Assembly: GCA_963662315.1 (NCBI GenBank)
Contig: OY759353.1
Location: 4,064,001-4,128,000 of the forward strand
Source: Geopsychrobacteraceae bacterium
GTDB taxonomy: Bacteria; Desulfobacterota; Desulfuromonadia; Desulfuromonadales; Geopsychrobacteraceae
Direction of reading: 5' to 3'
Length of the DNA: 64,000 nucleotides
Below the pieces are notes generated by a model. That model made no database searches, was not told the origin of the DNA, and worked only from the letters and a program-made list of their open reading frames with translations. Positions 1 through 10,278 of this stretch are shown here, in pieces. The translations under genes were made by a program, and so were the position numbers. Within the stretch, counting starts at the first letter, position 1, and every line of letters starts with the position of its first letter.

Positions 1-41
1 GAATTGTGGCCTGTTCGGTCATCTAAGGCTCCTTATTGAGG

Positions 42-1361
42 TCAGCTGCCAAACTCTTGGCCGGGAAAGCTGTCAAGACCGGGTACATCGTTTTCTGCAC
101 TATTATCAGGAGGTGACAGGGGGAGTCTGATGGTGAACTTTGTACCTGTCCCGACAGTTGACTCAATCGCTATTTCACCTCCGTGATTTTTAACGATTTC
201 ATAGCTTATGCTCATGCCGAGACCGGTTCCCTGACCGACCGGTTTGGTGGTAAAAAATGGCTCGAACACCTTCTGCAGTGACTCTTCTGACATGCCACAT
301 CCCGTGTCGGCAATGGAGACGATCACATAGGGATCTTCATAATAGCTGGTTACGGTTATTTGGCCGCTTTTTTCAATAGACTGGGCGGCGTTGACCAGAA
401 TGTTGGTAAATACCTGGGTCAATTCCTGTGAGTTGCATTCGATTTGAGGCAGATCCCCAAGATTTTTGGTGAGCTCCGCCTTATACTTGATTTCATTCCA
501 GACGATGGCGATGGTACTCTCAATGCACTCATTCAGGTCGGTCAGCTGAATCCCGGTTTGGTCGACTCGTGAGAAGGTTTTCAGGTTCTGGACAATTTTC
601 CGGACCCGTTCAGCACCATCCAGCGATTCCTTGACCAGATCCTTGCTGTCTTCCAGCAGGTAATCCAGTTTCAGTTTTTTACGCATGTCTTTAAGCTGTT
701 GCTGCTGCTCCGCGGTCAGTGTTTCTATGACCGATTTTGAATCATCAATGTATTGAATGATGCGATTAATGTATTTATCCAAGGTGCGCAGGTTGCTGGC
801 GATAAAGCCCATCGGGTTATTGATTTCGTGAGCAACACCGGCCGCCAGCTGACCGATGGAGGCCATTTTTTCGCCCTGAATCATTTTAGATTGGGTATTT
901 TTCAGCTCGGCATTAAGGAACTCCAGATTTATGGCCATCTGGGTTGCTTCTGCCAGGGTCTTTTCCAGTTTTTCTTCGGTTCTTTTCTGATCGGTGACGT
1001 CTTCTTTAATGATCAGAAAATGGGTTATTTCACCGTTGTCGCTCTGCAAAGGGGAGATCGCAATCTGTTCCCAGATCGGTTCACCACATTTTTTCTTGTT
1101 GAGTAGAGACGCGCGCCATTGTTTTCCGGCCATAAGCGTGGCGAGCATGGACTGCTGATCGATCTGCTCGTGGTCATAAAAAATGCGGGGGGTACGGCCC
1201 AGAATTTCTTCAGCGGAATAGCCCATGACTTCAGAGTATTTACGATTGACGTAGATGATCTTCTTGTCCTGATCCGTAATCAGGACACAGGTGGGACTTT
1301 GTTCGACGGCTGACATCAGAAGCGATGAGCTGATGTTGTCCGTGATTGTAGGATGCAGCAT
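42..1361 (-). CDS. PAS-domain sensor histidine kinase (NtrB-like)
   Basis: PAS region, H-box LAAGVAHEINNP, N/G boxes (NILVNA, DTGCG, FEPFFTTK, GTGLG). Start set at ATG 1361 behind AAGGTGG. Confidence 0.9.
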   Translation of the reverse strand: MLHPTITDNISSSLLMSAVEQSPTCVLITDQDKKIIYVNRKYSEVMGYSAEEILGRTPRIFYDHEQIDQQSMLATLMAGKQWRASLLNKKKCGEPIWEQIAISPLQSDNGEITHFLIIKEDVTDQKRTEEKLEKTLAEATQMAINLEFLNAELKNTQSKMIQGEKMASIGQLAAGVAHEINNPMGFIASNLRTLDKYINRIIQYIDDSKSVIETLTAEQQQQLKDMRKKLKLDYLLEDSKDLVKESLDGAERVRKIVQNLKTFSRVDQTGIQLTDLNECIESTIAIVWNEIKYKAELTKNLGDLPQIECNSQELTQVFTNILVNAAQSIEKSGQITVTSYYEDPYVIVSIADTGCGMSEESLQKVFEPFFTTKPVGQGTGLGMSISYEIVKNHGGEIAIESTVGTGTKFTIRLPLSPPDNSAENDVPGLDSFPGQEFGS

Positions 1362-1551
1362 ATTATATCCACCTTGTTTCTGTGTTGAGAAACATACCTT
1401 TATCAAAGTTGAAAAAGGGCAGTGGCAGCTTTGCTACCGAAACCTTACATAAGTTTATATAGTGAGGTACCAGGAATTTGTAAATTCTACGATAAAGATT
1501 AATTAATATCAAATAATATTTAAAAAGATCGCGCTAAATTGAATATGGGTG

Positions 1552-2442
1552 TTACTGGTTGCGGGGAAGATATTTGGAAAGTTCGGAAAACAGCATCCCA
1601 CAGAGAATGAGTCCGCAGCCGAGTAACGAGCGTGACGTGAACGTTTCTGAGAGCAGTAACCACCCCCCAAGCGCAGCGAAAACCCCTTCCAGACTCAGTA
1701 GAATGGCGGAGTGCGCCGGGTGAGCGTGGCGTTGGGCAACAACCTGCAGGGTATAGGCGATACCTACGGAAAACAGTCCGCCATAAAGAATGGGAATAAG
1801 TGCCTGAGCAATGCCGGACAGAGTCATGTCTTCCAGAGCAAAAGCGACACCAAAGCTGAGCAGGGAACAAATGGCGAACTGGGCTGACGCCAGCTTCAGA
1901 GCATTCATCTTCGGGGCCAGCCAGCCAATCAGCAGCACATGACCCGCCCAGAAAAAAGCACTGAGAAGAACCAGGAAATCACCGAAGGAGATACTGAATG
2001 CATCGGTGATGCTCAGAAAGTAAAGCCCGACCACGGCCAGAATGGCACCGACCCAGGTGCCGATTTCAGGGCGCTGCTTCCAGAACAAGCCAAAGATAGG
2101 AACCATGACCACGTAGAGTCCGGTAATAAAGCCGGCATTGCCCGCCGTGGTGTAAACCAGACCCGCCTGTTGCAGTGACGCTCCAGCAAACAGGACGAGT
2201 CCGGCAAGAATTCCGCCAACCATAAGTGCCCGGCCGTTTCCTGAGCCAGGAGCGCTGCTTTTTTTGCGCTGGGTTATCATGATCAGAGGTATGAGTGAAC
2301 CACTGCCAATGGCAAAACGGATGGCATTGTAGGTAAAGGGACCGACATGGTGCATACCGACGCGCTGGGCAACAAAAGCAAATCCCCAGATAGCGGCCGT
2401 CAGCAATAACAGCAGATCGGCATGTAAGGTTTTTTTGTTCAT
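1552..2442 (-). CDS. EamA/DMT family transporter
   Basis: About 10 hydrophobic segments; IWGFAFVAQR, NAGFITGLYVVMVP and LEGVFAALGG motifs. Confidence 0.88.
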   Translation of the reverse strand: MNKKTLHADLLLLLTAAIWGFAFVAQRVGMHHVGPFTYNAIRFAIGSGSLIPLIMITQRKKSSAPGSGNGRALMVGGILAGLVLFAGASLQQAGLVYTTAGNAGFITGLYVVMVPIFGLFWKQRPEIGTWVGAILAVVGLYFLSITDAFSISFGDFLVLLSAFFWAGHVLLIGWLAPKMNALKLASAQFAICSLLSFGVAFALEDMTLSGIAQALIPILYGGLFSVGIAYTLQVVAQRHAHPAHSAILLSLEGVFAALGGWLLLSETFTSRSLLGCGLILCGMLFSELSKYLPRNQ

Positions 2443-2607
2443 ACAATACTCGCCAGAGCAATAGGTGAAATGGGTGAAATGAAAACCCGCTTTATATATC
2501 ACGGCCAGCTATTGGCAGTGATAAAAATCGACAGATAATTTCCCCCGGCTCATTGCTTTTTCCCGCCGGGGGCATGGTAAAGTGGGATGTCGATAATGGA
2601 GGGTCGT

Positions 2608-4029
2608 ATGAGCTCACCGACGGTTATTTTCTGGTTTCGTCAAGATTTACGCCTGAATGATAATCCAGGGCTGGCTGCCGCTGCACTGGCCGGCAGGATT
2701 TTGCCCATCTATATTCTCGATGATGAAAGTGCCGGTAACTGGCGGATGGGGTGCGCCAGCCGCTGGTGGCTGCACCATTCTTTACGGGCTTTGAATGCCA
2801 GTCTCAGTGGCCGATTGCGGTTTTTTTGCGGTGATGCGGCAACGCTTATCCCTCAGCTGGTTAAGAATACCGGTGCCCAAGGTGTGTATTGGAACCGTTG
2901 TTACGAACCATGGCGGATTGCGCGTGATACGGTTATCAAAGAACATCTTGGCGAAAAGGGGTGTCCGGCGCGTAGTTATAATGGTTCGTTGCTGTGGGAA
3001 CCCTGGCAGGTCTTGAAACAGGACGGCACCCCGTACAAGGTCTTCACCCCCTACTTCCGTAAAGGGTGCCTGGGCCAGCCGGCACCGCGCAAACTGATCG
3101 GGCGGCCACCTCTTGACCTGCATGCCGACCCTGTTGAGGCGTTAAGTCTTGATCAGCTTCGCTTGTTACCTGCGTTGAGCTGGTACGAAAAGATGGAAAC
3201 CTACTGGCACATTGGAGAGGATGGGGCGGCGCAGGCCCATGCCCGGTTTCTGGAAGAAGGTTTGAGCGGTTACAAAGATGGGCGTGATTTCCCGGCTCTG
3301 GATAAGGTGTCGCGTCTTTCACCTCATCTGCATTTTGGTGAAATATCACCCAACCAGGTCTGGCATGCGACCCAGGCTGCTGGTCTTGCCCAGCAGTGTG
3401 AACATGATCTTGACCATTTCCTGAGGGAGCTAGCCTGGCGTGAGTTTTCCTATTACCTGCTCTATCATTTTCCACGCCTTCCGGAAGCATGTTTTAACGA
3501 GAAGTTCAACCGCTTTCCCTGGACTCAGGATCGCGAGGCTTTTACGGTCTGGCAGTGGGGAAAAACCGGTTATCCGATTATCGATGCCGGCATGCGCGAA
3601 CTGTGGGAAACCGGTAACATGCATAACCGGGTGCGGATGATTGTTGCCTCGTTCCTGGTCAAGAATCAGCTGGTTGACTGGCGTCTGGGGCAAAACTGGT
3701 TTTGGGACTGCCTGGTCGATGCCGATCTGGCCAGCAACAGTTTCGGCTGGCAGTGGGTGGCCGGTTGCGGTGCCGATGCGGCTCCTTATTTCCGCATCTT
3801 TAATCCTCTGGCACAGGGGGAAAAGTTTGATCCCTCTGGTCGCTACGTGCGGCGTTTTGTTCCAGAACTGCAGGAGCTGCCGGATAAATACCTGCACCGC
3901 CCCTGGCAGGCTCCACAAACGGTGCTGAAGAACGCCGGGGTTGTGCTTGGCACCACCTATCCTCTGCCGGTTGTTGATCTGAAGGCGTCTCGCGAGGCTG
4001 CGTTAGCCGCGTATCGGCATGTTAAATAG
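2608..4029 (+). CDS. phrB: Deoxyribodipyrimidine photolyase
   Basis: WFRQDLRLNDNP, SRLSPHLHFGEIS, MHNRVRMIVASFL, WQWVAGCGADAAPYFRIFNP; GGAGG RBS before ATG 2608. Confidence 0.95.
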   Translation: MSSPTVIFWFRQDLRLNDNPGLAAAALAGRILPIYILDDESAGNWRMGCASRWWLHHSLRALNASLSGRLRFFCGDAATLIPQLVKNTGAQGVYWNRCYEPWRIARDTVIKEHLGEKGCPARSYNGSLLWEPWQVLKQDGTPYKVFTPYFRKGCLGQPAPRKLIGRPPLDLHADPVEALSLDQLRLLPALSWYEKMETYWHIGEDGAAQAHARFLEEGLSGYKDGRDFPALDKVSRLSPHLHFGEISPNQVWHATQAAGLAQQCEHDLDHFLRELAWREFSYYLLYHFPRLPEACFNEKFNRFPWTQDREAFTVWQWGKTGYPIIDAGMRELWETGNMHNRVRMIVASFLVKNQLVDWRLGQNWFWDCLVDADLASNSFGWQWVAGCGADAAPYFRIFNPLAQGEKFDPSGRYVRRFVPELQELPDKYLHRPWQAPQTVLKNAGVVLGTTYPLPVVDLKASREAALAAYRHVK

Positions 4030-4206
4030 TTTTCATCCAGAAACGGCCCTTTTCCGCTGTGGCGGTGTCAATCTGCTGGTTTTCTTGTGCGGCGTAAAGG
4101 ACTACGCCTCCGCGCAACCCCTTGATTTCCTTGCCACAACGAAAAAATTCTCGTTTCCAATCTGAAAACTTAACCGTTGCCCTTCGGAGTTTCTGGATGG
4201 CAACTA
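4027..4206. mobile_element. MITE-like element (180 bp) with 18-bp terminal inverted repeats
   Basis: TAGTTTTCATCCAGAAAC (4027-4044) matches the reverse complement of GTTTCTGGATGGCAACTA (4189-4206) at 16/18; internal GGCGTA-aaggac-TACGCC hairpin; no credible ORF. Confidence 0.65.
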
Positions 4207-4217
4207 AATAAAAAGGG

Positions 4218-5357
4218 TCAGTTGACGGGTTCCAGCCGATAAAGTCCACCATCCTTTTCGTCGGTCAGAAGGTAAATATAGCCATCCGGCCCCTGACGCA
4301 CATCCCTGATGCGGCCTATTTCATCTTTCAGAAAGCGCTCTTCATGAACGATCTGCTCGCCGGAGAGTTCGAGCCGGACCAGCATCCGGTCCTTCAGAGC
4401 TCCAACCAGCAGATCCCCTTTCCAGGCCGGAAATTTATCACCGGTATAGAAGGTCATCCCGGATGGGGCGATGGAGGGAACCCAGTAGTGCAGTGGTTGT
4501 TCCATTCCCGCCTTGCTGGTCCCTTCACCAATCTTGGTTCCGATCCCATAATTCACGCCATAGGTAATTACCGGCCAGCCGTAGTTACGACCGGGGCGGA
4601 CAATGTTGATTTCGTCCCCGCCTTGTGGCCCGTGCTCATGGGTCCACAGGGCGCCGGTTTCAGGATGGAACGCCGCCCCCTGCATATTGCGGTGCCCCAG
4701 GTCAAATTTTTCAGCGGCCCAGCCTGGTTGGCCGACAAAGGGATTGTCCTGTGGGACGGTCCCGTCGTCATGGAGGCGGATGACTGACCCGGCATGGTCT
4801 CCGGGCCTCTGAGCCCGATCCTTGTCACCTCGGTCGCCCAGGGTGATGAAGAGATGATTCTGATCATCAAAAACGAGCCGCGAGCCAAAGTGGTGTCCGG
4901 TGGAGGATTTTGGCTTCATGCGAAAGATGACGGTAAGGTTTTCCAGCCGGTTCACGTGCAGTTCGGCAAAAGCAACTTCAGTCCCAACCCCTGTGCTGTC
5001 GCGTGCAGTATAGGAAAAATAGATGCGTCTATTGCTGGCAAAGTCAGGATGAAGGGCGACATCAAGGAGCCCGCCCTGGCCATGCCGGGCAATCGCTGGC
5101 AACCCCGCCAGAGGTTCAGACAGATGGGCGTCTTTAACTATACGTAAACGGCCAGGTCGTTCGCTGACCAGGATGGAACCTTCTGGCATAAATGCCATCC
5201 CCCACGGGTTTTCAAGATTGCCGGCGAGTTTGATCACCTGCAACTGGTAGTCCTCAGAGGTAAGAGGTCCTGCCGGTCCGCTGAATGCTGTCAGCAGCAC
5301 GATAGCAAACGGACCGAGCATAAATGAGACAAAGCCGGCAAATCGCATGCGGTTCAT
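4218..5357 (-). CDS. PQQ-dependent soluble aldose/glucose-sorbosone dehydrogenase (YliI/Asd family)
   Basis: Signal peptide; GQGGLLDVALHPDF, HFGSRL, GHRNMQG, EHGPQGGDEIN, NYGWP, SIAPSG, RIRDVRQGPDG. Confidence 0.9.
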   Translation of the reverse strand: MNRMRFAGFVSFMLGPFAIVLLTAFSGPAGPLTSEDYQLQVIKLAGNLENPWGMAFMPEGSILVSERPGRLRIVKDAHLSEPLAGLPAIARHGQGGLLDVALHPDFASNRRIYFSYTARDSTGVGTEVAFAELHVNRLENLTVIFRMKPKSSTGHHFGSRLVFDDQNHLFITLGDRGDKDRAQRPGDHAGSVIRLHDDGTVPQDNPFVGQPGWAAEKFDLGHRNMQGAAFHPETGALWTHEHGPQGGDEINIVRPGRNYGWPVITYGVNYGIGTKIGEGTSKAGMEQPLHYWVPSIAPSGMTFYTGDKFPAWKGDLLVGALKDRMLVRLELSGEQIVHEERFLKDEIGRIRDVRQGPDGYIYLLTDEKDGGLYRLEPVN

Positions 5358-5443
5358 GGATAAACTCCTTTTGAAAGGCGTTTAAGCTGACATCTGTGAA
5401 TTGAATGGCAATGGATATATTACCACAATAGTAATGAAATGAT

Positions 5444-6472
5444 TCAAGAGGAGGGGAGGATTAATGGTTGCAAATTGCCGATATCGACACCCGGCAGGTG
5501 TTCGACCTGACGGAGAATGTGGGTCAGCTCGTAGTGACGGGGATGGCCAGGGAGGTGTACGGCGCGAGCCAGGAAATCAGTTTTGGTAAAAGTTCCCCAG
5601 TTGACCAGCTGACTCAGGTAGACGCCAGTATTCAGGCTTGCAGCCAGCTCCACAAACCTGGGGATCTCGATGAAATTATTGTTTTGCACAACCATACTTA
5701 AGGTCAGTCTAAACGGCTGGCGGGCCAGGTATTTCAGATTAATCAGCAGTTTTTCAAAGGACCCGCCCGGACGATTGCTCTGATAGGTGGCAGCGGTCGC
5801 TGCATCGACCGATATTTCAGCGGCGCTGACACGCTGATGCAGATTGTTGAACTGCTGCCAGCGCTGCTCCGTCCACAGTTGTCCGTTACTGTGCAGGCGT
5901 AGCTTGGCCCCCTCTGCACCCTGTGCGTTCAAACTGGCAAGAATCTCCAGGTAAGCGGGGCTGACAAACGGGTCGCCGAAACCGCTCATGGTCACTTCCG
6001 TGGCAAAGGGGAGCAATTGTTCTTTGACGATAGCCGTTATTTTTTCGATCTGCAGCTGTTCCTGCGGGTTCATGATCAAATGGTGCTGACGGCAACTGGG
6101 GCAGGCCAAGTTGCAGCGAAGGTCGAAGCAGAGGTTGAGCTTCTGCGGGGAATAGCTGAGTTCTGAAGTCGGAGCGGCCAACGCCTCCCGGATTTCAGCC
6201 TTGGCAATCTTGTTGAGCTGCTGGACCGGTTGCCGATGCGCCAGTAAAAATGGGCAGCGACTTTTGCTGCAGTTGTGAAAACTGCCGTTTTTGACGCTTT
6301 TGCGTAATTCCCGGGCTGTCGGACTGTTCCAGATGTTGCTTAACGGTTTTTCAAGCAAGTTACCAATGGGGCGTTTCAGCCAGGCCGGGCAACATAAAAA
6401 GACACTCCCGTGGCGGTGAATCTCAAACCATTCGTAAGGGCGTGTGCAGGTCAATTGCGAGGTGTTTTTCAC
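5444..6472 (-). CDS. Radical SAM protein with N-terminal SPASM-like Cys region
   Basis: CNLACPSC (CxxxCxxC); SGFGDPF; N-terminal C..GxVFLCC..IGNL..IWNS..C..C. GTG start behind GGAG. Confidence 0.8.
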   Translation of the reverse strand: MKNTSQLTCTRPYEWFEIHRHGSVFLCCPAWLKRPIGNLLEKPLSNIWNSPTARELRKSVKNGSFHNCSKSRCPFLLAHRQPVQQLNKIAKAEIREALAAPTSELSYSPQKLNLCFDLRCNLACPSCRQHHLIMNPQEQLQIEKITAIVKEQLLPFATEVTMSGFGDPFVSPAYLEILASLNAQGAEGAKLRLHSNGQLWTEQRWQQFNNLHQRVSAAEISVDAATAATYQSNRPGGSFEKLLINLKYLARQPFRLTLSMVVQNNNFIEIPRFVELAASLNTGVYLSQLVNWGTFTKTDFLARAVHLPGHPRHYELTHILRQVEHLPGVDIGNLQPLILPSS

Positions 6473-6786
6473 CGGATGCTTATCTCCTTTGGGGGCCTAT
6501 CATAGCCTGTTTCTGTTCGGTGACCACTTTTTTTTAAGTATGTGCGATCGTCATTTGTCTTATTGCTATGTTACATCTTTCCCTCTGGGGGGGGAGGCGA
6601 TCACAAGCGGAGCAGTCCGATGCGGATCTGGATTAGTTTTTGCTCACAAATAAGGGTGGCATGTTGCTGCTAAATCAGGTATGTTCTGCATCGTTGATTG
6701 CTATTTAGGGGGTAAAAAAATATTTCCGGTATGGCTCAAACTTTGACAGGCCATGCTTTCAACCCACTTCCACCAGGAGGGACTCT

Positions 6787-7308
6787 ATGTTCAAAAAATT
6801 AGCATTGTTACCACTGTTGTTTGTTGTTCTGTTTGTGTTTGCCGGTTGTGGCGCACAGACAGCCAAAGTCAACACACAGAAACATAATGGCAAGCCGATT
6901 GTGGTTCTGATCAATGACGGACAACTTTCCAACCTTAATGGTGAGCAGAAGTATGAACTTAATCGCGTTTTAGAATGGCAGAAGCGGGATATCATCAAGC
7001 AATTGAAACGTGCTCATTTTGATGCTCAATTGATTGAGCGCAAGCAGGATTACCGCCAGCAAGACGGTTTGTTATGGATCCTGACGGTAAAAGATTTCAA
7101 TGCAGGAAACCGTGCTCTGCGTGCTTTTGTCGGCTATGGTGCCGGATCTACTTCCCTCGATATGAAATTCGACCTGCAGAGCCCCAAGGGGAAGTCTCTG
7201 GATCAGTGGGAGGATGGAGTAGGTTCCAGCAAAGGTGGAACCTACTGTGCCCAAACCCTCAATCGACGTGGTGTTGAGCGGGTTATCAGTGTTCTGAATA
7301 AGCAATAA
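6787..7308 (+). CDS. Lipoprotein (DUF4410-like)
   Basis: Lipobox FAGC; GNRALRAFVGYGAG motif; AGGAGG RBS. Confidence 0.75.
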   Translation: MFKKLALLPLLFVVLFVFAGCGAQTAKVNTQKHNGKPIVVLINDGQLSNLNGEQKYELNRVLEWQKRDIIKQLKRAHFDAQLIERKQDYRQQDGLLWILTVKDFNAGNRALRAFVGYGAGSTSLDMKFDLQSPKGKSLDQWEDGVGSSKGGTYCAQTLNRRGVERVISVLNKQ

Positions 7309-7319
7309 ACGTTTTATTT

Positions 7320-7357
7320 GTTATCAGTTGCCCGATCTGGACCGGGCAACTGATAAC
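7320..7357. terminator. Strong stem-loop after the lipoprotein gene
   Basis: GTTATCAGTTGCCCG / CGGGCAACTGATAAC perfect 15-bp inverted repeat; no clear U-tract. Confidence 0.55.
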
Positions 7358-7464
7358 CGTCTCCCCCTGTGGTTTACAGTCCGGTTTCAGATCTGCTACT
7401 CTATAAAAATTCACTTTTCGCATTTATTTTTCATTAACTGGCAACCGAATGAGGTGGAAACTCT

Positions 7465-7959
7465 ATGCATCCTCGTGCCCGGCAACTGATCAGTCAACTT
7501 GGTTTGCAGCCGCATCCGGAAGGGGGCTATTTTCGTGAAATGACCCGTTCTGGACTTGCTGTCCATTCTGACAATGTTCACGATTTAAGACCCGCTTTTA
7601 CGGATATCTATTTTTTGTTGGTTGCCGGTCAGGTCAGCCACTGGCATCGGGTTCAGCATGATGAAATCTGGCATTTTTATGAAGGCAGCCCGTTGCGCCT
7701 GTTAAGTCTTTCGGCAAACCTGGATGCACTGCGTGACCTGACTCTCGACCCTCAGGCCTGCTGCTTCAAACAGGTCATCGCGGCATATGACTGGCAGGCT
7801 GCCGAGTCACTGGGCGATTACACCCTGGTCGGCTGTACTGTGGCTCCCGGTTTTGATTTTCGTGACTTCCGCATGCTCAAGGACCTGCCGGAAGTTGCTG
7901 CAAAGGTCTATCGGGATTTCCCTGATTTCGGACGCTTTGTTACCACGACTCCTGGCTGA
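7465..7959 (+). CDS. Cupin_5 (DUF985) protein
   Basis: LGLQPHPEGGYFRE, IYFLL, HRVQHDEIWHFYEG, LVGCTVAPGFDF. Confidence 0.9.
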   Translation: MHPRARQLISQLGLQPHPEGGYFREMTRSGLAVHSDNVHDLRPAFTDIYFLLVAGQVSHWHRVQHDEIWHFYEGSPLRLLSLSANLDALRDLTLDPQACCFKQVIAAYDWQAAESLGDYTLVGCTVAPGFDFRDFRMLKDLPEVAAKVYRDFPDFGRFVTTTPG

Positions 7960-7994
7960 CCGCCCCCGCGGCGACAAAACGATAAGGGGGTATT

Positions 7995-8110
7995 TTGTCT
8001 GCACTCGCTACTGACGTTGTCATTATAGGCGCAGGGGTAATTGGTGCATCGATTGCCTTTCAACGGACGAAAGCTGGTCTAAAGGTTGTTCTGGTTGATA
8101 AATATGATCC
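7995..8110 (+). pseudogene. N-terminal remnant of an FAD-dependent oxidoreductase (DAO-like)
   Basis: DVVIIGAGVIGASIAFQ..KAGLKVVLVDK Rossmann motif, then the similarity is lost; the ORF is only 62 aa. Confidence 0.6.
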
Positions 8111-8381
8111 TCCCTTCCTCGTCCTTGTTCTCGATGCTGCGTGCAGACTCGGAGAGTGGCGCACGCCTGCTGCAGATTTATAGCGCAAAAATCTTGATCC
8201 GACCGGGGCAGAAAGGCAGAGTAATATCCATCAGTGGTGAATCTATGCTAAAAAGGAGTTTGTTGAAAATCTGTGTTGCCGCGAGGTCACGGGTTTTCCG
8301 GTATTGAAAAATTGTTACCCTGCTTAATTTGGGGCGTAGTTTCCTAGTGACTTACTTGTTGCCCGGTTGAATATTATCCCT

Positions 8382-9272
8382 ATGTCTGCCACCTCTGTCA
8401 GTGTTTCAAAACCTAGAACAAATGTCTCCCGTCAGATCTTCGGGTGGCTGGCCATATTTTTATCGGCGTTCTGTTTCTATTTGTCCACCGTGATCATTCG
8501 CTGGTCCAGAGGGGCAGTGACTATCGATTCTTCCTATTTTGTTTTCGCACGGTTTTTTGTCGGATTTATTGTGGTTGGCATGTCGTTGTTGTGGCAACGC
8601 CAATGGATCAAGCCAGTCCGCTATCATTATCTGATTGGCAGGACGGTGACCAATGCCTTTGCCGTCTTGTGTTTCTTCAAGGCGGTTGAACTTGGCTCTT
8701 TGGCGGAAGCAAATATCCTCAATATGACCTACCCGTTGTTTGTCGCCGTTCTCTCCTGGTTTTTTCTGCGTGGCCAGCGTGACGGGAAAACCGTGGCGAT
8801 TGTCATTGTCGCCATGATTGGTATCTGGATGGTGCTGTTCCCCGAAGAATTTCATTTCGGGATCGCCAACATGTGGGGGTTAGGTTCCGGAATTACCGCG
8901 GCAGCAGCGATGATTTACCTCAATGTCAGCCGCCGCTATCACGATTCCGAAACGATTCTGTTCTTTATGTTCGGTCTTGGTTCTTTGTTGATTTATCTGT
9001 TTTTCCATCAAGCTTTTTTCATTCCGAATCTGCATGAATTTGCATTTCTGCTCGGTTGTGCCTTGGCCGGGATTGCAGGCCAATATCTGCTGACCTTCGG
9101 GTTCTTGTATGTGACGGCGGTGGAGGGGTCAATTATCAGTTCTTTGCGGATTCTGCTGGCAGCAATTCTCGGACCGCTGTTGGTCAATGATCCTGCCCTG
9201 CCCCTGGCGGGCTGGTGTGGAGCCGTACTTATTTTTACTGCCAACGTCGTGTTGGCTCTGCGCCGCAAGTAA
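8382..9272 (+). CDS. EamA/DMT family transporter
   Basis: About 10 TM segments; LAEANILNMTYPLFVA. Start uncertain (8367 or 8382). Confidence 0.85.
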   Translation: MSATSVSVSKPRTNVSRQIFGWLAIFLSAFCFYLSTVIIRWSRGAVTIDSSYFVFARFFVGFIVVGMSLLWQRQWIKPVRYHYLIGRTVTNAFAVLCFFKAVELGSLAEANILNMTYPLFVAVLSWFFLRGQRDGKTVAIVIVAMIGIWMVLFPEEFHFGIANMWGLGSGITAAAAMIYLNVSRRYHDSETILFFMFGLGSLLIYLFFHQAFFIPNLHEFAFLLGCALAGIAGQYLLTFGFLYVTAVEGSIISSLRILLAAILGPLLVNDPALPLAGWCGAVLIFTANVVLALRRK

Positions 9273-9351
9273 GCACAAGCCCATTAACAACGGGATCTGG
9301 TTTATGCTTATCGAGGGGGAGGCAACCAAGTCGCGGCCAGGGTGAGTGGCT

Positions 9352-10044
9352 TTAGCCAGGAGGGCTGAGTTCGGTCAGCTTCTCAGTCACCTTCCTGAGG
9401 CTTGAAAAAATCTCCTCACGACTGGCCTGATTTTCTATGGCGGCTTTGACGGCCGCATCGCGCAGGCAAAAGCTGAGGGATGACAGCAGGTGCAAGTGGG
9501 CTCTTAAGGTTGGAGAGATCAGGCAGAACATGGTATGGATCGGTTTGCCGTCCAGGGCGTGAAAATCGACCGGTTCTTCCATAAAGGCAAGGGTGACACT
9601 GGGTCTGGTGATATGCAGCAGCACCGGATTGCGGGGGTGGGGGATGGCAATACCGTTGCCGACCCCGGTTGATGCCAGCTCTTCCCGAGCGTTCAGGACC
9701 TTCAATAAATAATCACGATCGACTTCTTCGGGAAGGCGTAGTTCATCGACCAATCGTGACAGCGCTTTTTCTCGAGTATTGCCGTCCAGGCGATAAACAA
9801 TACCACCGGTCTCCAGCGATTCCACCAGTGATGGCAGTGGTGCGCCGATCGCTTCCGGTTCATGAAACGCTTCCGGAGAGATCCCCATGCGCCTTGAGGT
9901 CGCCCATTCTAAAAGCTCAGCCCGGTTGAACCGGTATTGTTCATTGACCCGGTAAACAGGGAGTACTTCCTGCTTGATCCAGCGATAGATGGTCTTTTCT
10001 GAAACGCTCAACAGCTCGGCGGCTTCTTTTACAGAAGTGTTCAT
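9352..10044 (-). CDS. Excisionase-type HTH (HTH_17) fused to PTS EIIA(Ntr)-like domain, copy A
   Basis: SVKEAAELLSVSEKTIYRW HTH; REELASTGVGNGIAIPHPR with the EIIA phospho-His. Start at ATG 10044 by alignment with copy B. Confidence 0.88.
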   Translation of the reverse strand: MNTSVKEAAELLSVSEKTIYRWIKQEVLPVYRVNEQYRFNRAELLEWATSRRMGISPEAFHEPEAIGAPLPSLVESLETGGIVYRLDGNTREKALSRLVDELRLPEEVDRDYLLKVLNAREELASTGVGNGIAIPHPRNPVLLHITRPSVTLAFMEEPVDFHALDGKPIHTMFCLISPTLRAHLHLLSSLSFCLRDAAVKAAIENQASREEIFSSLRKVTEKLTELSPPG

Positions 10045-10278
10045 TGATGTCCTAAAGGAGGCAGGTGATGTCGTACGGCAACTGTCAACTGAGTGGCTGC
10101 CTCTTCCTCCACCTGCATTTAAAAAATTGATAATGGCGAGCATTATCAAGTCATTAAAATGATATGTCAATTATCTTGGCTCTGATTGCCTCCATCGTCA
10201 TTTCATAAGCACCTGACATAACGACCAGATCGTTTGTAAGCTCGATCTTTTTGAGCGCTTTTCAACGGTAATTTCATA

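Noticed and set aside
6657..6671. Sigma54 promoter TGGCATGTTGCTGC
   Set aside because: GG-to-GC spacing is 9 nt rather than the required 10.
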